The position numbers and the translations under genes were made by a program. From positions 1-64,000 of IMG/VR virus record IMGVR_UViG_3300025131_009739: DNA of 64,000 nucleotides; one strand, 5' to 3'. Below are positions 57,201-64,000 of the stretch, one piece after another. Position 1 is the first letter of the stretch, and each line of letters begins with the position of its first letter. The notes under the pieces are model-generated. The model ran no database searches, was not told where the DNA came from, and saw only the letters and a list, made by a program, of their open reading frames with translations. The stretch is from a virus.

Positions 57201-57523
57201 GTTAGTTTTTCTTCAGATGCGTCCCATAAAAAACTATCGCCAGATGTGGCACTATAAAAGGTGACGTCATGACCTGAACCATCGGACCCGACAACCATAT
57301 TATCGTTAACAGTAAAGGTCGTACCATCATATGTAAGATTAGCCTCGCCATCGAGTTCAGTTGTGGCGTTGCCTATCGTGACTAGTCTGCTTTCTGTCTT
57401 GTTATTAAGTGCGGAGACGGGCAGGACGGCATATCTATCTAAATAATTCTGTACGGATTTCCATAGTCTTTGTATTGACCAATTTCCAATTGTCCCTTTC
57501 GTGCCATGGCTTTTACTGGCCAT
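54248..57523 (-). CDS. Long tail fibre-like protein with internal tandem repeats
   Basis: 1091 aa, Asp/Gly/Thr/Ile-rich; EKIEGDGTDLTI repeats. Confidence 0.78.
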   Translation of the reverse strand: MASKSHGTKGTIGNWSIQRLWKSVQNYLDRYAVLPVSALNNKTESRLVTIGNATTELDGEANLTYDGTTFTVNDNMVVGSDGSGHDVTFYSATSGDSFLWDASEEKLTIVGTNGQNALDITDGNVHISDNLVVDGTFTTANDTEITANLVADGSIISLDSTSTFNIDCSNTTNGITIGTATVNVPISIGHTTSETTVNDNLTVTGDLTVNGTTTSINQTTIDVTNAFVFEGATANAHETTLAIIDPTADATINLPAMDAGTYCLPVLAAASTTAVSSTPEELNLLDGVSGGTVVNSKAVIYSSDGDINVGDDLTLSSDSSLISLGVDADFTITHDGDEGATIAGSPVTITSAESATWSCSAGDLIIDANNGDLTLDGLKGITLQTAHGSGDMAGNIILDSLYDIILDADGDNVTIKFGGAAGQIDFSHQNSGEGVIKQGVDGKDLVIKQYDGTEVVRFTDDLKLKFKDDGDEWIQGTGTDLILSAGGDIRINSATSKLEWGEDSGEHIVGDGSNGLIIASGNKITLDALYGIDIDSWTGDVTFMDGGVAQLALDMDTTNFEIFFQLKVDGDDLVFKQYDGNEVIRIADDRKLYFYDQGGEHISSDGTDMTIGSGRHLNLTATNDVIIPVNVGLVLDGSGNEKIESDGTDINISVGASGDINIPADIGLTFGNDGEKIEGDGTDLTISGNNINLTAVEDVNIPSGVGLTFATTEKIESDGTDLTITVGSNGDINIPADIGLTFGDDGEKIEGDGTDLTISGNNINLTAVDDVNIPSGVGLTFATTEKIESDGTDLTITVGSSGDINIPADIGLTFGNDGEKIEGDGTDLTISGNNINLTAVEDVVVPADVGITFGTGEKIEGDNTDLTITSGADIKLTAAAFVEIPANIPLTFDGTGQADKISSDGTDMTIAVGGGDIILDASDDVHIDAGGDLVNLKKAGTTHATFDMSATDDLIVKDTGGTEIFRIDGSADSLLMASTNKIEFNDASQFIHGSSATVLSIGATDEIDLTATTIDINGILEASTVAGSIIANRQTLDTAVLPANHNAVLIGPITVGSEKTVTISDDCNVKIIDFVDAFSYNPYSPGQNKWQ
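54930..55720 (-). repeat. Coding tandem repeat: 216-bp (72-aa) period made of two alternating subunits
   Basis: EKIESDGTDLTITVGS.GDINIPADIGLTFG.DG alternates with EKIEGDGTDLTISGNNINLTAV.DVNIPSGVGLTFATT; near-identical DNA at 55201 and 55417. Confidence 0.88.
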
Positions 57524-57677
57524 TTTCTTCTTCTCTTTTTAACTCTTCTTCCCAAAGTTTGTTAATAACTTCCCAAACATGTTCTTCACCAATTTGTTCT
57601 GTCATCTCATGAAGATTTCTCCAAGCTTCATCCAAAGTTAATTTATTTTTATTATATTCTACACATATCAAACACAT
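57513..57677 (-). CDS. Small CxxC hypothetical protein
   Basis: MCLICVEY...; start at 57677 by TAATG overlap. Confidence 0.65.
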   Translation of the reverse strand: MCLICVEYNKNKLTLDEAWRNLHEMTEQIGEEHVWEVINKLWEEELKREEENGQ

Positions 57678-58138
57678 TAGTCTCTCTCTCCTATTTCTAC
57701 TGCTGCATAAAAAATCACAACTGATGTCACAATACCCGCTACGACACCTCCAGCAAACCACCAATGAGAATTTTTATTTGGTCTTTCTAAAGCAAATTTT
57801 TGGAGCCTGTTAACTTCTTCATCTTTAATTTTCAATATTGAATCATATTTTTGTTTTAAAAAATCGACTTCAACTTTTACTGTCGAAACCAAAAGATCGC
57901 ACCTGATCTCTTCTTTCTGTTCTATGTGAGCAGTTCTTAACCTGCATTGTGCAGCATTATATTCTTTCTCTGCAATCGATTGCGCAACAGCAGCTGAATT
58001 AAAAAGGACTCCAGGAAAAGGAGCTATTTCACCTTGATTCATTGGTTTAATTTTTGGCGTCTCTTGAGCAAAAACCAACAACGGAAAAGTTATAAGCAAA
58101 ACAGTAGCTAATATTTTATTCAACAATTTCAAAACCAA
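57677..58138 (-). CDS. Membrane protein: signal peptide, coiled coil, C-terminal TM (spanin-like)
   Basis: Hydrophobic N-terminus ending VFA-Q; WWFAGGVVAGIVTSVVIFYAAV; start may be a few codons downstream. Confidence 0.65.
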   Translation of the reverse strand: MVLKLLNKILATVLLITFPLLVFAQETPKIKPMNQGEIAPFPGVLFNSAAVAQSIAEKEYNAAQCRLRTAHIEQKEEIRCDLLVSTVKVEVDFLKQKYDSILKIKDEEVNRLQKFALERPNKNSHWWFAGGVVAGIVTSVVIFYAAVEIGERD

Positions 58139-58520
58139 AAGTCTCCTTAACTAAATAGGCTAACTCTTGTGGTTCGTCAGAATGTTTTTCAACAATTTCT
58201 TTAATTCTTTTCTTTTTATTTTTGTCGAGAGTCTCATTCTTCTTTTTTAACTCTGTCTCAACTTTTTCAATTGTTTCATTAAAAACTTTATTTAAGTGCT
58301 CTTTTTCTTTCTTCTCTGCTTTATGAACTTCGTTTATGACATTAATTTGTTTTTTGTAGCTATCACTTCTTATTTCTAAAACTCCAATAGCAGCAGAACC
58401 GTCTTTTTTAAAAACAATCCAAAGAACATAAGTGTATATCAAAACAACTGGAAAGTACCAATAAGTTTTTAGCCAAAGCCAGCTCTTCTTAGCAGAGAGC
58501 TTAAATGTTAGCCAGCTCAT
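58116..58520 (-). CDS. N-terminal TM plus coiled coil protein (i-spanin-like)
   Basis: YWYFPVVLIYTYVLWIVF followed by a Lys/Glu coiled coil. Confidence 0.62.
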   Translation of the reverse strand: MSWLTFKLSAKKSWLWLKTYWYFPVVLIYTYVLWIVFKKDGSAAIGVLEIRSDSYKKQINVINEVHKAEKKEKEHLNKVFNETIEKVETELKKKNETLDKNKKKRIKEIVEKHSDEPQELAYLVKETFGFEIVE

Positions 58521-58720
58521 TCTTCTTTAAATCCATGCTTCCAAGCTGTGGCCATGTCAACCAGCGCTTGAGTACCAATATATGCCAGTGTAACAGCAAC
58601 CCAATTATCACTAGAAACAGAACCATGAACAGCAAGTCCTGTTGCAGTTAACCAAGCCAAAAATTTTCGACTTATAAATCTCTCCACATGTTTGTCCGCA
58701 AAAGCTTTTAAATTAGCCAT
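58517..58720 (-). CDS. Holin-like small membrane protein
   Basis: 67 aa, ISRKFLAW motif, two TM segments. Confidence 0.6.
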   Translation of the reverse strand: MANLKAFADKHVERFISRKFLAWLTATGLAVHGSVSSDNWVAVTLAYIGTQALVDMATAWKHGFKEE

Positions 58721-58756
58721 AATAATTTCTCCTTTTTAATATTATATTATCTAGTT

Positions 58757-58963
58757 TTATTTATCTAAAAACAACTCATATTCCAACAAACTTTCATCTA
58801 GTTTGTCAAGAGCATATTGTTTTTCATTATATGAAGCGAATGCATCTTTGTACGCTTCTAAGACGCGGGCTGCCTCTTCAGCAATCCTTTCTAATTTAGC
58901 ATTTTTCTCCAAAATTTCTTCTAGTGACAGTTCGCTAGTGACAAGTTTTTCAGCTGTTTGCAT
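58757..58963 (-). CDS. Small coiled-coil hypothetical protein
   Basis: MQTAEKLVTSE...; GGAGGG RBS upstream. Confidence 0.6.
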   Translation of the reverse strand: MQTAEKLVTSELSLEEILEKNAKLERIAEEAARVLEAYKDAFASYNEKQYALDKLDESLLEYELFLDK

Positions 58964-58979
58964 TTTGTATGTTCCCTCC

Positions 58980-61900
58980 TTAATAATTAACATAAGCAAA
59001 GTTACCCTTCTTTTCAATCTCAATTGTCATATCTACACAATCTTTCAATGTGTCCAAATGAGAAATGAGAAGAACAGTTTTGAAATATGATTTGACCATA
59101 TCTAAGATTCTAATAAATCCTTCCATATTTTCTTCGTCTAAAGCCGTTGCTGGCTCATCTAATATAAATAGATCCGGCTTTGGCAAACTTGACACATTTA
59201 ATAGTGCCAAACGAATTGCCATGGCTGCAATTGTTTTTTCTGAACCGGATCCTAATTCAATTGGTCTCGCATCAAATTTTGGATGCTTAATAAAAATCTC
59301 GAGTTTTTTGTCCTCTGCTTCAAAAAAGACCTGGAAGTCAACAATGTTGGCCAGCACTTTCGAAACTTCTGCATTAATATATGGTAATCGCTTTTTGATG
59401 ATATCATAAGCAACTCCATTAGAGTGTACACATCTCATAAATAAATCATAAGCAGCATATTCTTCGCGAAGATCATGAAGCTCTTGTTTGTTGTTCTCAA
59501 GATTTGTTAACATCTGTTCAATTGAACCATGCTCTTTGGAAAGTTCAATGAGACGATTTTGGCATTCTGACAAGTTTTCTTTTTCTCTCGTTGTAGCTCT
59601 CAAAAAATTATCTTTTTCAAAATTTAATGCTTCCAGATTTTCAATTGCTAACTTGTTCTTATTATATTCTACCACTTTTTCATTTAGTTGTTCAATCTCT
59701 TTTTTAAACCCAACAATTTTTGTTTTATTTTTTTGTATCTCCAGCTCATATGAAGAGTTTTCAGAATTTAGCTGACTTTGCTTTTCAATAAGCTTGTCAT
59801 ATTTTTCAATGTGTTCTTCAATCTTTTCTGGATTTAGTTCTTGAATTTCAGAAGATGTTTCTGTTTCTGTATTTCTTAACTCATCAATTTCTTGTCTTAC
59901 TTCATCAAGCTGTTTCAAGGCTCCGTAAGCATCTTTGATAAATTTGCAATGAGAAAATTCTTCGCCACAAGGAACTTCTTCTAAAAGTGCTGTTTTACCT
60001 TCTTTAATTTTTAGTTTGGTTTCATGCACTTTAATATCATTACAAATTAAATTTAATTGATTTTGTTTTTCAACAACAATAGATTTGTTATTTTTAATCT
60101 CTTCAATATCAAAATCATCATCTAAAAAGCTTCCAATTTTATCTAAAGTATCATTATTGTTCTTAATGTTTCCAAAAAACTTTTTATTCCTTCCAGTCAA
60201 CAAATCTTTTTCTTTTTTGTTTGTTTCTAAAGATTTTTCTGTTTCGTCTATATCAATCATTTCAACTGGAATTATATTTATTCTTTCGTTAATATCATCG
60301 ACTTGTGATTGATATGAATCAATCTTCTTTTCTATTTCTTCGCATGTGCTCTCTTGACTTTTATTTTCATTTTCAATTGCAACAAGCTTTTCATTTACTT
60401 CTTCTATTTGTTTATCAAATTCTGTACCCTCTAGTCTTTTAAGCATTCCTCTTAAATCAGCAACATCATCTTTTGCTAATTTAAACTTGCGTTCAAACAT
60501 TTCTAAATCTAGAAACTTGGCAAGAATTTCTTTTCTTCTTGTAGAGCCTTCACTAATAAACATAAGAGAGCCAAGTTGCGAAGCCATTGATGTAAAAAGA
60601 AAATCATCCAATGTCCCAAACATCTTTCTTATGCTTTTGTCAGTATCGTTTCTTGATAAACCATTCAAACTAATGTTTTCTCCAACAACTTCATCGCGCC
60701 TCGAAAAATCTATATCTGTTTTTGCTTCAACCGTTGTGCTGCCATGAAGCTTCTTTTCATATTTTTCTGTAGTTCTTTCAATTTCATAAACGTTGTGTCC
60801 AATTACAATCTCTGCCTTGCCTCTGCAATTGTCTTTTGTTTGATTAATCAGGTGAAGGTTCTTGCGATTGTTTTTGGAAGTCGAGTTGTACACAGTGTAT
60901 AATAAACTATCGATAATGCTTGATTTGCCTGAAAAGTTCTTTCCAAAAATACCAACAACCCCATTTAAGTTTTCAAAATTAATTTTATTCTTTTTACCAT
61001 AATTGAATAGATTGTCCCATTCAATACTTTTAAGTCTCCAATTAATATTTCTCGCCACTTCTTCATCTTCCTCAACAACAGAACTATATTTTGTATTGAG
61101 GTCCAAAACTTTTTCCATCACTTCATCGCTAGGATCGTAGTCTTTAAGATAATCTTTTATAAGTCTTTTTTGAACTGCCATATCTCGCAAATTTTCTTGA
61201 AAGATGTTCTTAATAGAATCATCCATATCTGCTCCATCACTGGTAGCTCTGTTTAAGAAAGTCACACTTTCTGGTTTAAATTTGGCCTTTGCCACATCAA
61301 CTGCTTTTTTTAATATGTCCAATGAGAGATTCTTATTAGAAACTAAACGAAGACGAGCGCCATCTGGAACTTTTATTTTGTTGGGGATTCTTCCTTTTGG
61401 TGTAAGATTAACAGTGATAAACGGTTTTGGGTTTATAAAAGAAACATGCTTGCAAGTAAATTTATCTTTATCTTGAACGTCCCATATCAACAAACCTTTA
61501 TCATTTGTCTCTCCTTGGTTCTGTTGAATTGTACTACCTGGATAACGAACCCTACCTTTAAGATCTAGCACCTGATTTGTTTTGTGAATGTCTCCAAGAA
61601 AAGCAAAATCAAATTTATCAAAGATTGATATATCATGATCTCCATGTTCCATTGTCCAACCGAGATCAGTTTTAACTCCAGAGATCGATCCATGATAAAG
61701 AGCAATATTAATTTTGTTTATGTCAGTTGGTTCAACCCACTTGTCTTCGTCAAAAATTGAAAGCACATTCAAGACAAACTTATCACCCACTAACACCTCA
61801 CCAGATGCCTTTAGGAGGCACAGATTTGGGTGTTCTAGGGCCTCAACGATAGGAGTGATGGCATCTTGCCTACTCGAGTTTCGGAGGTTTCCATCGTGGT

Positions 61901-62135
61901 TTCCGGGGATGACATAAGTGGGTGCAATGTCCGCTAAATTCTTGAGAAAGTTTGAAGCCATCTCAAAATATTCAGGACTCAATTGAGTTTTTGTATGTGC
62001 GAGATCTCCACAGTGAATAATACAATCGACTTCTTCCTCTCGCAACTTGTCGTATATTTGGTCGAATATTATACGATATTCATAGTGGTATTTTAAGTTG
62101 CGGATATGCGTATCCGCAAGGTGGGCGAACTTCAT
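58980..62135 (-). CDS. Fused Mre11/SbcD nuclease and Rad50/SbcC ATPase
   Basis: ADTH, GDLAH, GNHD, LGDIH phosphoesterase motifs; GKNFSGKSS Walker A, coiled coil, LFILDEP Walker B, ISH. Confidence 0.93.
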   Translation of the reverse strand: MKFAHLADTHIRNLKYHYEYRIIFDQIYDKLREEEVDCIIHCGDLAHTKTQLSPEYFEMASNFLKNLADIAPTYVIPGNHDGNLRNSSRQDAITPIVEALEHPNLCLLKASGEVLVGDKFVLNVLSIFDEDKWVEPTDINKINIALYHGSISGVKTDLGWTMEHGDHDISIFDKFDFAFLGDIHKTNQVLDLKGRVRYPGSTIQQNQGETNDKGLLIWDVQDKDKFTCKHVSFINPKPFITVNLTPKGRIPNKIKVPDGARLRLVSNKNLSLDILKKAVDVAKAKFKPESVTFLNRATSDGADMDDSIKNIFQENLRDMAVQKRLIKDYLKDYDPSDEVMEKVLDLNTKYSSVVEEDEEVARNINWRLKSIEWDNLFNYGKKNKINFENLNGVVGIFGKNFSGKSSIIDSLLYTVYNSTSKNNRKNLHLINQTKDNCRGKAEIVIGHNVYEIERTTEKYEKKLHGSTTVEAKTDIDFSRRDEVVGENISLNGLSRNDTDKSIRKMFGTLDDFLFTSMASQLGSLMFISEGSTRRKEILAKFLDLEMFERKFKLAKDDVADLRGMLKRLEGTEFDKQIEEVNEKLVAIENENKSQESTCEEIEKKIDSYQSQVDDINERINIIPVEMIDIDETEKSLETNKKEKDLLTGRNKKFFGNIKNNNDTLDKIGSFLDDDFDIEEIKNNKSIVVEKQNQLNLICNDIKVHETKLKIKEGKTALLEEVPCGEEFSHCKFIKDAYGALKQLDEVRQEIDELRNTETETSSEIQELNPEKIEEHIEKYDKLIEKQSQLNSENSSYELEIQKNKTKIVGFKKEIEQLNEKVVEYNKNKLAIENLEALNFEKDNFLRATTREKENLSECQNRLIELSKEHGSIEQMLTNLENNKQELHDLREEYAAYDLFMRCVHSNGVAYDIIKKRLPYINAEVSKVLANIVDFQVFFEAEDKKLEIFIKHPKFDARPIELGSGSEKTIAAMAIRLALLNVSSLPKPDLFILDEPATALDEENMEGFIRILDMVKSYFKTVLLISHLDTLKDCVDMTIEIEKKGNFAYVNY

Positions 62136-62161
62136 CGGACTCCTATTTTGCCTCTCTTGTT

Positions 62162-62190
62162 ACTATAACACAAAGTATTTTGCTTGTCAA
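62162..62190 (-). promoter_or_regulatory. sigma70-type promoter for the SbcD-SbcC fusion
   Basis: TTGACA (62190-62185), 17 bp, TATAGT (62167-62162). Confidence 0.82.
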
Positions 62191-62447
62191 GGATTAATAT
62201 TAAGATCTTCTTCAATCTCTTGCAACAAGTTCAAAAGCGCATCAAAACTTGCTGCAGCTTCCGGCGACCACTCCTCTGTTGTGAGCGACCTTAATTGCGA
62301 TAACAACTTCATTGCTTCTGTGGCTTTGTTCTCCGGAGGCATTTTGTAGCCGGGTGGCAGACGCTCTGAGGGATTAAATTCACTTTCATTAATATTTTCA
62401 AGCTCTTCTTTAATGATTTCTTTTAATCTTTCAGTCGAGATCTTCAT
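62187..62447 (-). CDS. Small protein with IIKEEL N-terminal tag
   Basis: MKISTERLKEIIKEELENINE. Confidence 0.72.
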   Translation of the reverse strand: MKISTERLKEIIKEELENINESEFNPSERLPPGYKMPPENKATEAMKLLSQLRSLTTEEWSPEAAASFDALLNLLQEIEEDLNINP

Positions 62448-62625
62448 TTTCAATTTCCTTTATTTGTTGTTGAATATAAGAAGCAGCTTTAAAAAAGACA
62501 CTCTTCGCCAAATTGTAATCGCCATTTGTATTTTTAAGAGTCATGTTAACAACTTCTTTTGCAAAGTGTTCTACAATAGCTCTTCTATCGCCTTCGCTTA
62601 AATTATTTGTGGTGGTTAGTTTCAA
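62431..62625 (-). CDS. Small hypothetical protein
   Basis: TTG start overlapping the upstream stop; MKLTTTNNLSE. Confidence 0.55.
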   Translation of the reverse strand: MKLTTTNNLSEGDRRAIVEHFAKEVVNMTLKNTNGDYNLAKSVFFKAASYIQQQIKEIENEDLD

Positions 62626-62870
62626 TCTATTCTGCCACCGCTGCGTTCATGGGATGCCTTAAAAACAGCATCTAAGAGATCGTGGGCCGCAATATTAAAT
62701 TTCTGTATAACTTCTGGACCGACTTTCAATTCGTCTGCCAACTTAATAAAAAAGTCTTGTGAAGACCTTAACATTTTTTGAGCTTGTTTTAAATCGTCAA
62801 ATCGTCCTTCGGTGATTTCCTGAAGTTCTTCTTTAATAATTTGTTTAAGTTGAGACTTGGTTAGTTTCAT
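62622..62870 (-). CDS. Small protein with IIKEEL N-terminal tag
   Basis: MKLTKSQLKQIIKEELQEITE; ATGA overlap with the primase stop. Confidence 0.75.
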   Translation of the reverse strand: MKLTKSQLKQIIKEELQEITEGRFDDLKQAQKMLRSSQDFFIKLADELKVGPEVIQKFNIAAHDLLDAVFKASHERSGGRID

Positions 62871-63808
62871 TGCAACTCTCCTAAAGCTTCGTATAATAAG
62901 TAGTCATCAGAACCGCATAATGACGCTTCATTTTTTCGTTTCAAAAACTCATCTTTTGTCATCGACCCAATGTCGTCATAGCCGGCTGTATTTATTTTAT
63001 ATACTTCAATTCCATAATTCAATAAGTCTTTTATTATCTTCTTTGATTTGTTCTCGGCATCAACATCTAAACCAATATAAATTGGTGTATCATTCTTTAC
63101 GATCATCTGAAACAACTTTGAGTTCTCGCGCAAAGTAGAACCAAGAATTGGAACAGCATTTGGGCCAGCAATTATTGCATCAAAGATGCCTTCAACAATC
63201 ACAAGATCTTGATCGAGGTCTAGGTAAAGTTCATTAAATATTATATCTTTTGATACTGGAGGGTTGAGATATTTTTTCCATGCACCATTAAATGCTCTTG
63301 CAACAAAATAGTTTACATAACCTTCTTCATCAAAAGATGGAATGATAACTCTGTTATTATATTTTCCATTCATGCAACATCCAATTTTCCAACGAAGAAT
63401 CTCTTTCTTTGTTATTCCTCTATTCTTCAAATAATTTAAAGCAGGCGTCGTTACCAAAGGAAGGTTTTCATTTGCAAGAGATATAAATTCTTTTGGCAAG
63501 TCAAATCTTTGTATTTGTTCAGTTTCATCGTCTTCTGAAAATATATCATCAAATTTTGTTACATCTTCTCGACCATTTAATTTGTCCCATTGTTGAAGTG
63601 TGCGAAAATCACCATACTTTCTTACGAGACGCCGAAGAGAGCGACCATAATAATCACAAATCCAACACTTAAAAGCATCTTTCTCTAAATTAATAGAGAA
63701 TTTTCGTTTATGATGTTTGCATTTTGGACAATAAAAAAGGTGTTCATCGTTTGAATGATGAAATTTTCCAAAAATACTTTTTAGGAGTTGGAGCTTCTCT
63801 CCTTCCAT
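62867..63808 (-). CDS. DNA primase (zinc finger plus TOPRIM)
   Basis: CPKC..H...CWIC, YLKNRG, RVIIP, IVEGIFDA, LDVDA, DDIG. Confidence 0.9.
   Translation of the reverse strand: MEGEKLQLLKSIFGKFHHSNDEHLFYCPKCKHHKRKFSINLEKDAFKCWICDYYGRSLRRLVRKYGDFRTLQQWDKLNGREDVTKFDDIFSEDDETEQIQRFDLPKEFISLANENLPLVTTPALNYLKNRGITKKEILRWKIGCCMNGKYNNRVIIPSFDEEGYVNYFVARAFNGAWKKYLNPPVSKDIIFNELYLDLDQDLVIVEGIFDAIIAGPNAVPILGSTLRENSKLFQMIVKNDTPIYIGLDVDAENKSKKIIKDLLNYGIEVYKINTAGYDDIGSMTKDEFLKRKNEASLCGSDDYLLYEALGELQ
62897..62904 (-). promoter_or_regulatory. Putative late promoter motif ACTACTTA inside the primase 3' end
   Basis: About 26 nt upstream of the IIKEEL gene at 62870. Confidence 0.5.
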
Positions 63809-64000
63809 AAATTATAACCTGCTCTCGCGATAATTAAACTGTCTGCCCGATCATAAGAACCAGGCTTGGGATTACCTTGTTTTGTATATTCTACCACAAA
63901 ATTTGGTTCGTTGTCAAGAATATATTGAAGAACGACCTGTTTTGCCTTTTCTCCACGAGGAATTTTAATACCATTTGATTTTCTAGCAGTTGATGCTCCA
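63781..64000 (-). CDS. C-terminal fragment of a RuvC-like Holliday junction resolvase (5' end outside the window)
   Basis: Manual translation GASTARKSNGIKIPRGEKAKQVV...YDRADSLIIARAG; DxxD C-terminal motif; stop at 63781-63783. Confidence 0.65.
   Translation of the reverse strand, partial: GASTARKSNGIKIPRGEKAKQVVLQYILDNEPNFVVEYTKQGNPKPGSYDRADSLIIARAGYNLWKERSSNS

Noticed and set aside
29-63138. Remaining plus-strand ORFs in the track
   Set aside because: All lie opposite well-supported minus-strand genes and show antisense-type composition
1-64000. Stop-codon reassignment, inteins, group I introns or a diversity-generating retroelement
   Set aside because: Core genes (dnaE, nrdJ, terminase, helicase, recA, MCP) are continuous and of ordinary length in the standard code; no reverse transcriptase or intein motifs seen

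Overview
This 64 kb window is part of a large, AT-rich, contractile-tailed (T4-superfamily-like) dsDNA phage genome. All supportable genes are on the minus strand and use the standard genetic code. Read in transcription order (64 kb to 1 kb) it holds: a RuvC-like fragment, primase and an Mre11-Rad50 (SbcD-SbcC) fusion; a holin/spanin-like membrane cassette; fibre genes; a head module (terminase, portal, prohead protease, ribosomal protein bS21, scaffold, major capsid); neck, sheath, tube, tail chaperone with a likely programmed frameshift, tape measure and baseplate genes; and a replication/metabolism module (minimal family-A polymerase, tubulin-like protein, SSB, FKBP PPIase, RecA, deaminase, 5'-3' exonuclease, DUF262-HNH nuclease, DNA methylase, tRNA-Ile(UAU), helicase, class II RNR, GroES, lytic transglycosylase, DnaE, GIY-YIG endonuclease, dUTPase, Dam-like methylase). 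Two promoter classes are visible: TTGACA-17-TANNNT sigma70-type promoters on replication genes and an ACTA(T/C/A)TTA motif on virion genes. The most notable observations are a shared N-terminal 'IIKEEL' tag on dispersed small genes carrying the late motif (candidate capsid-cargo targeting system), a coupled mini-PolA/tubulin operon, a [ST]GS motif clustered in variable domains of virion proteins, a switch-like RNA before the FKBP gene, and two homopolymer frameshift sites. Product calls come from motif recognition by eye; no database searches were run.
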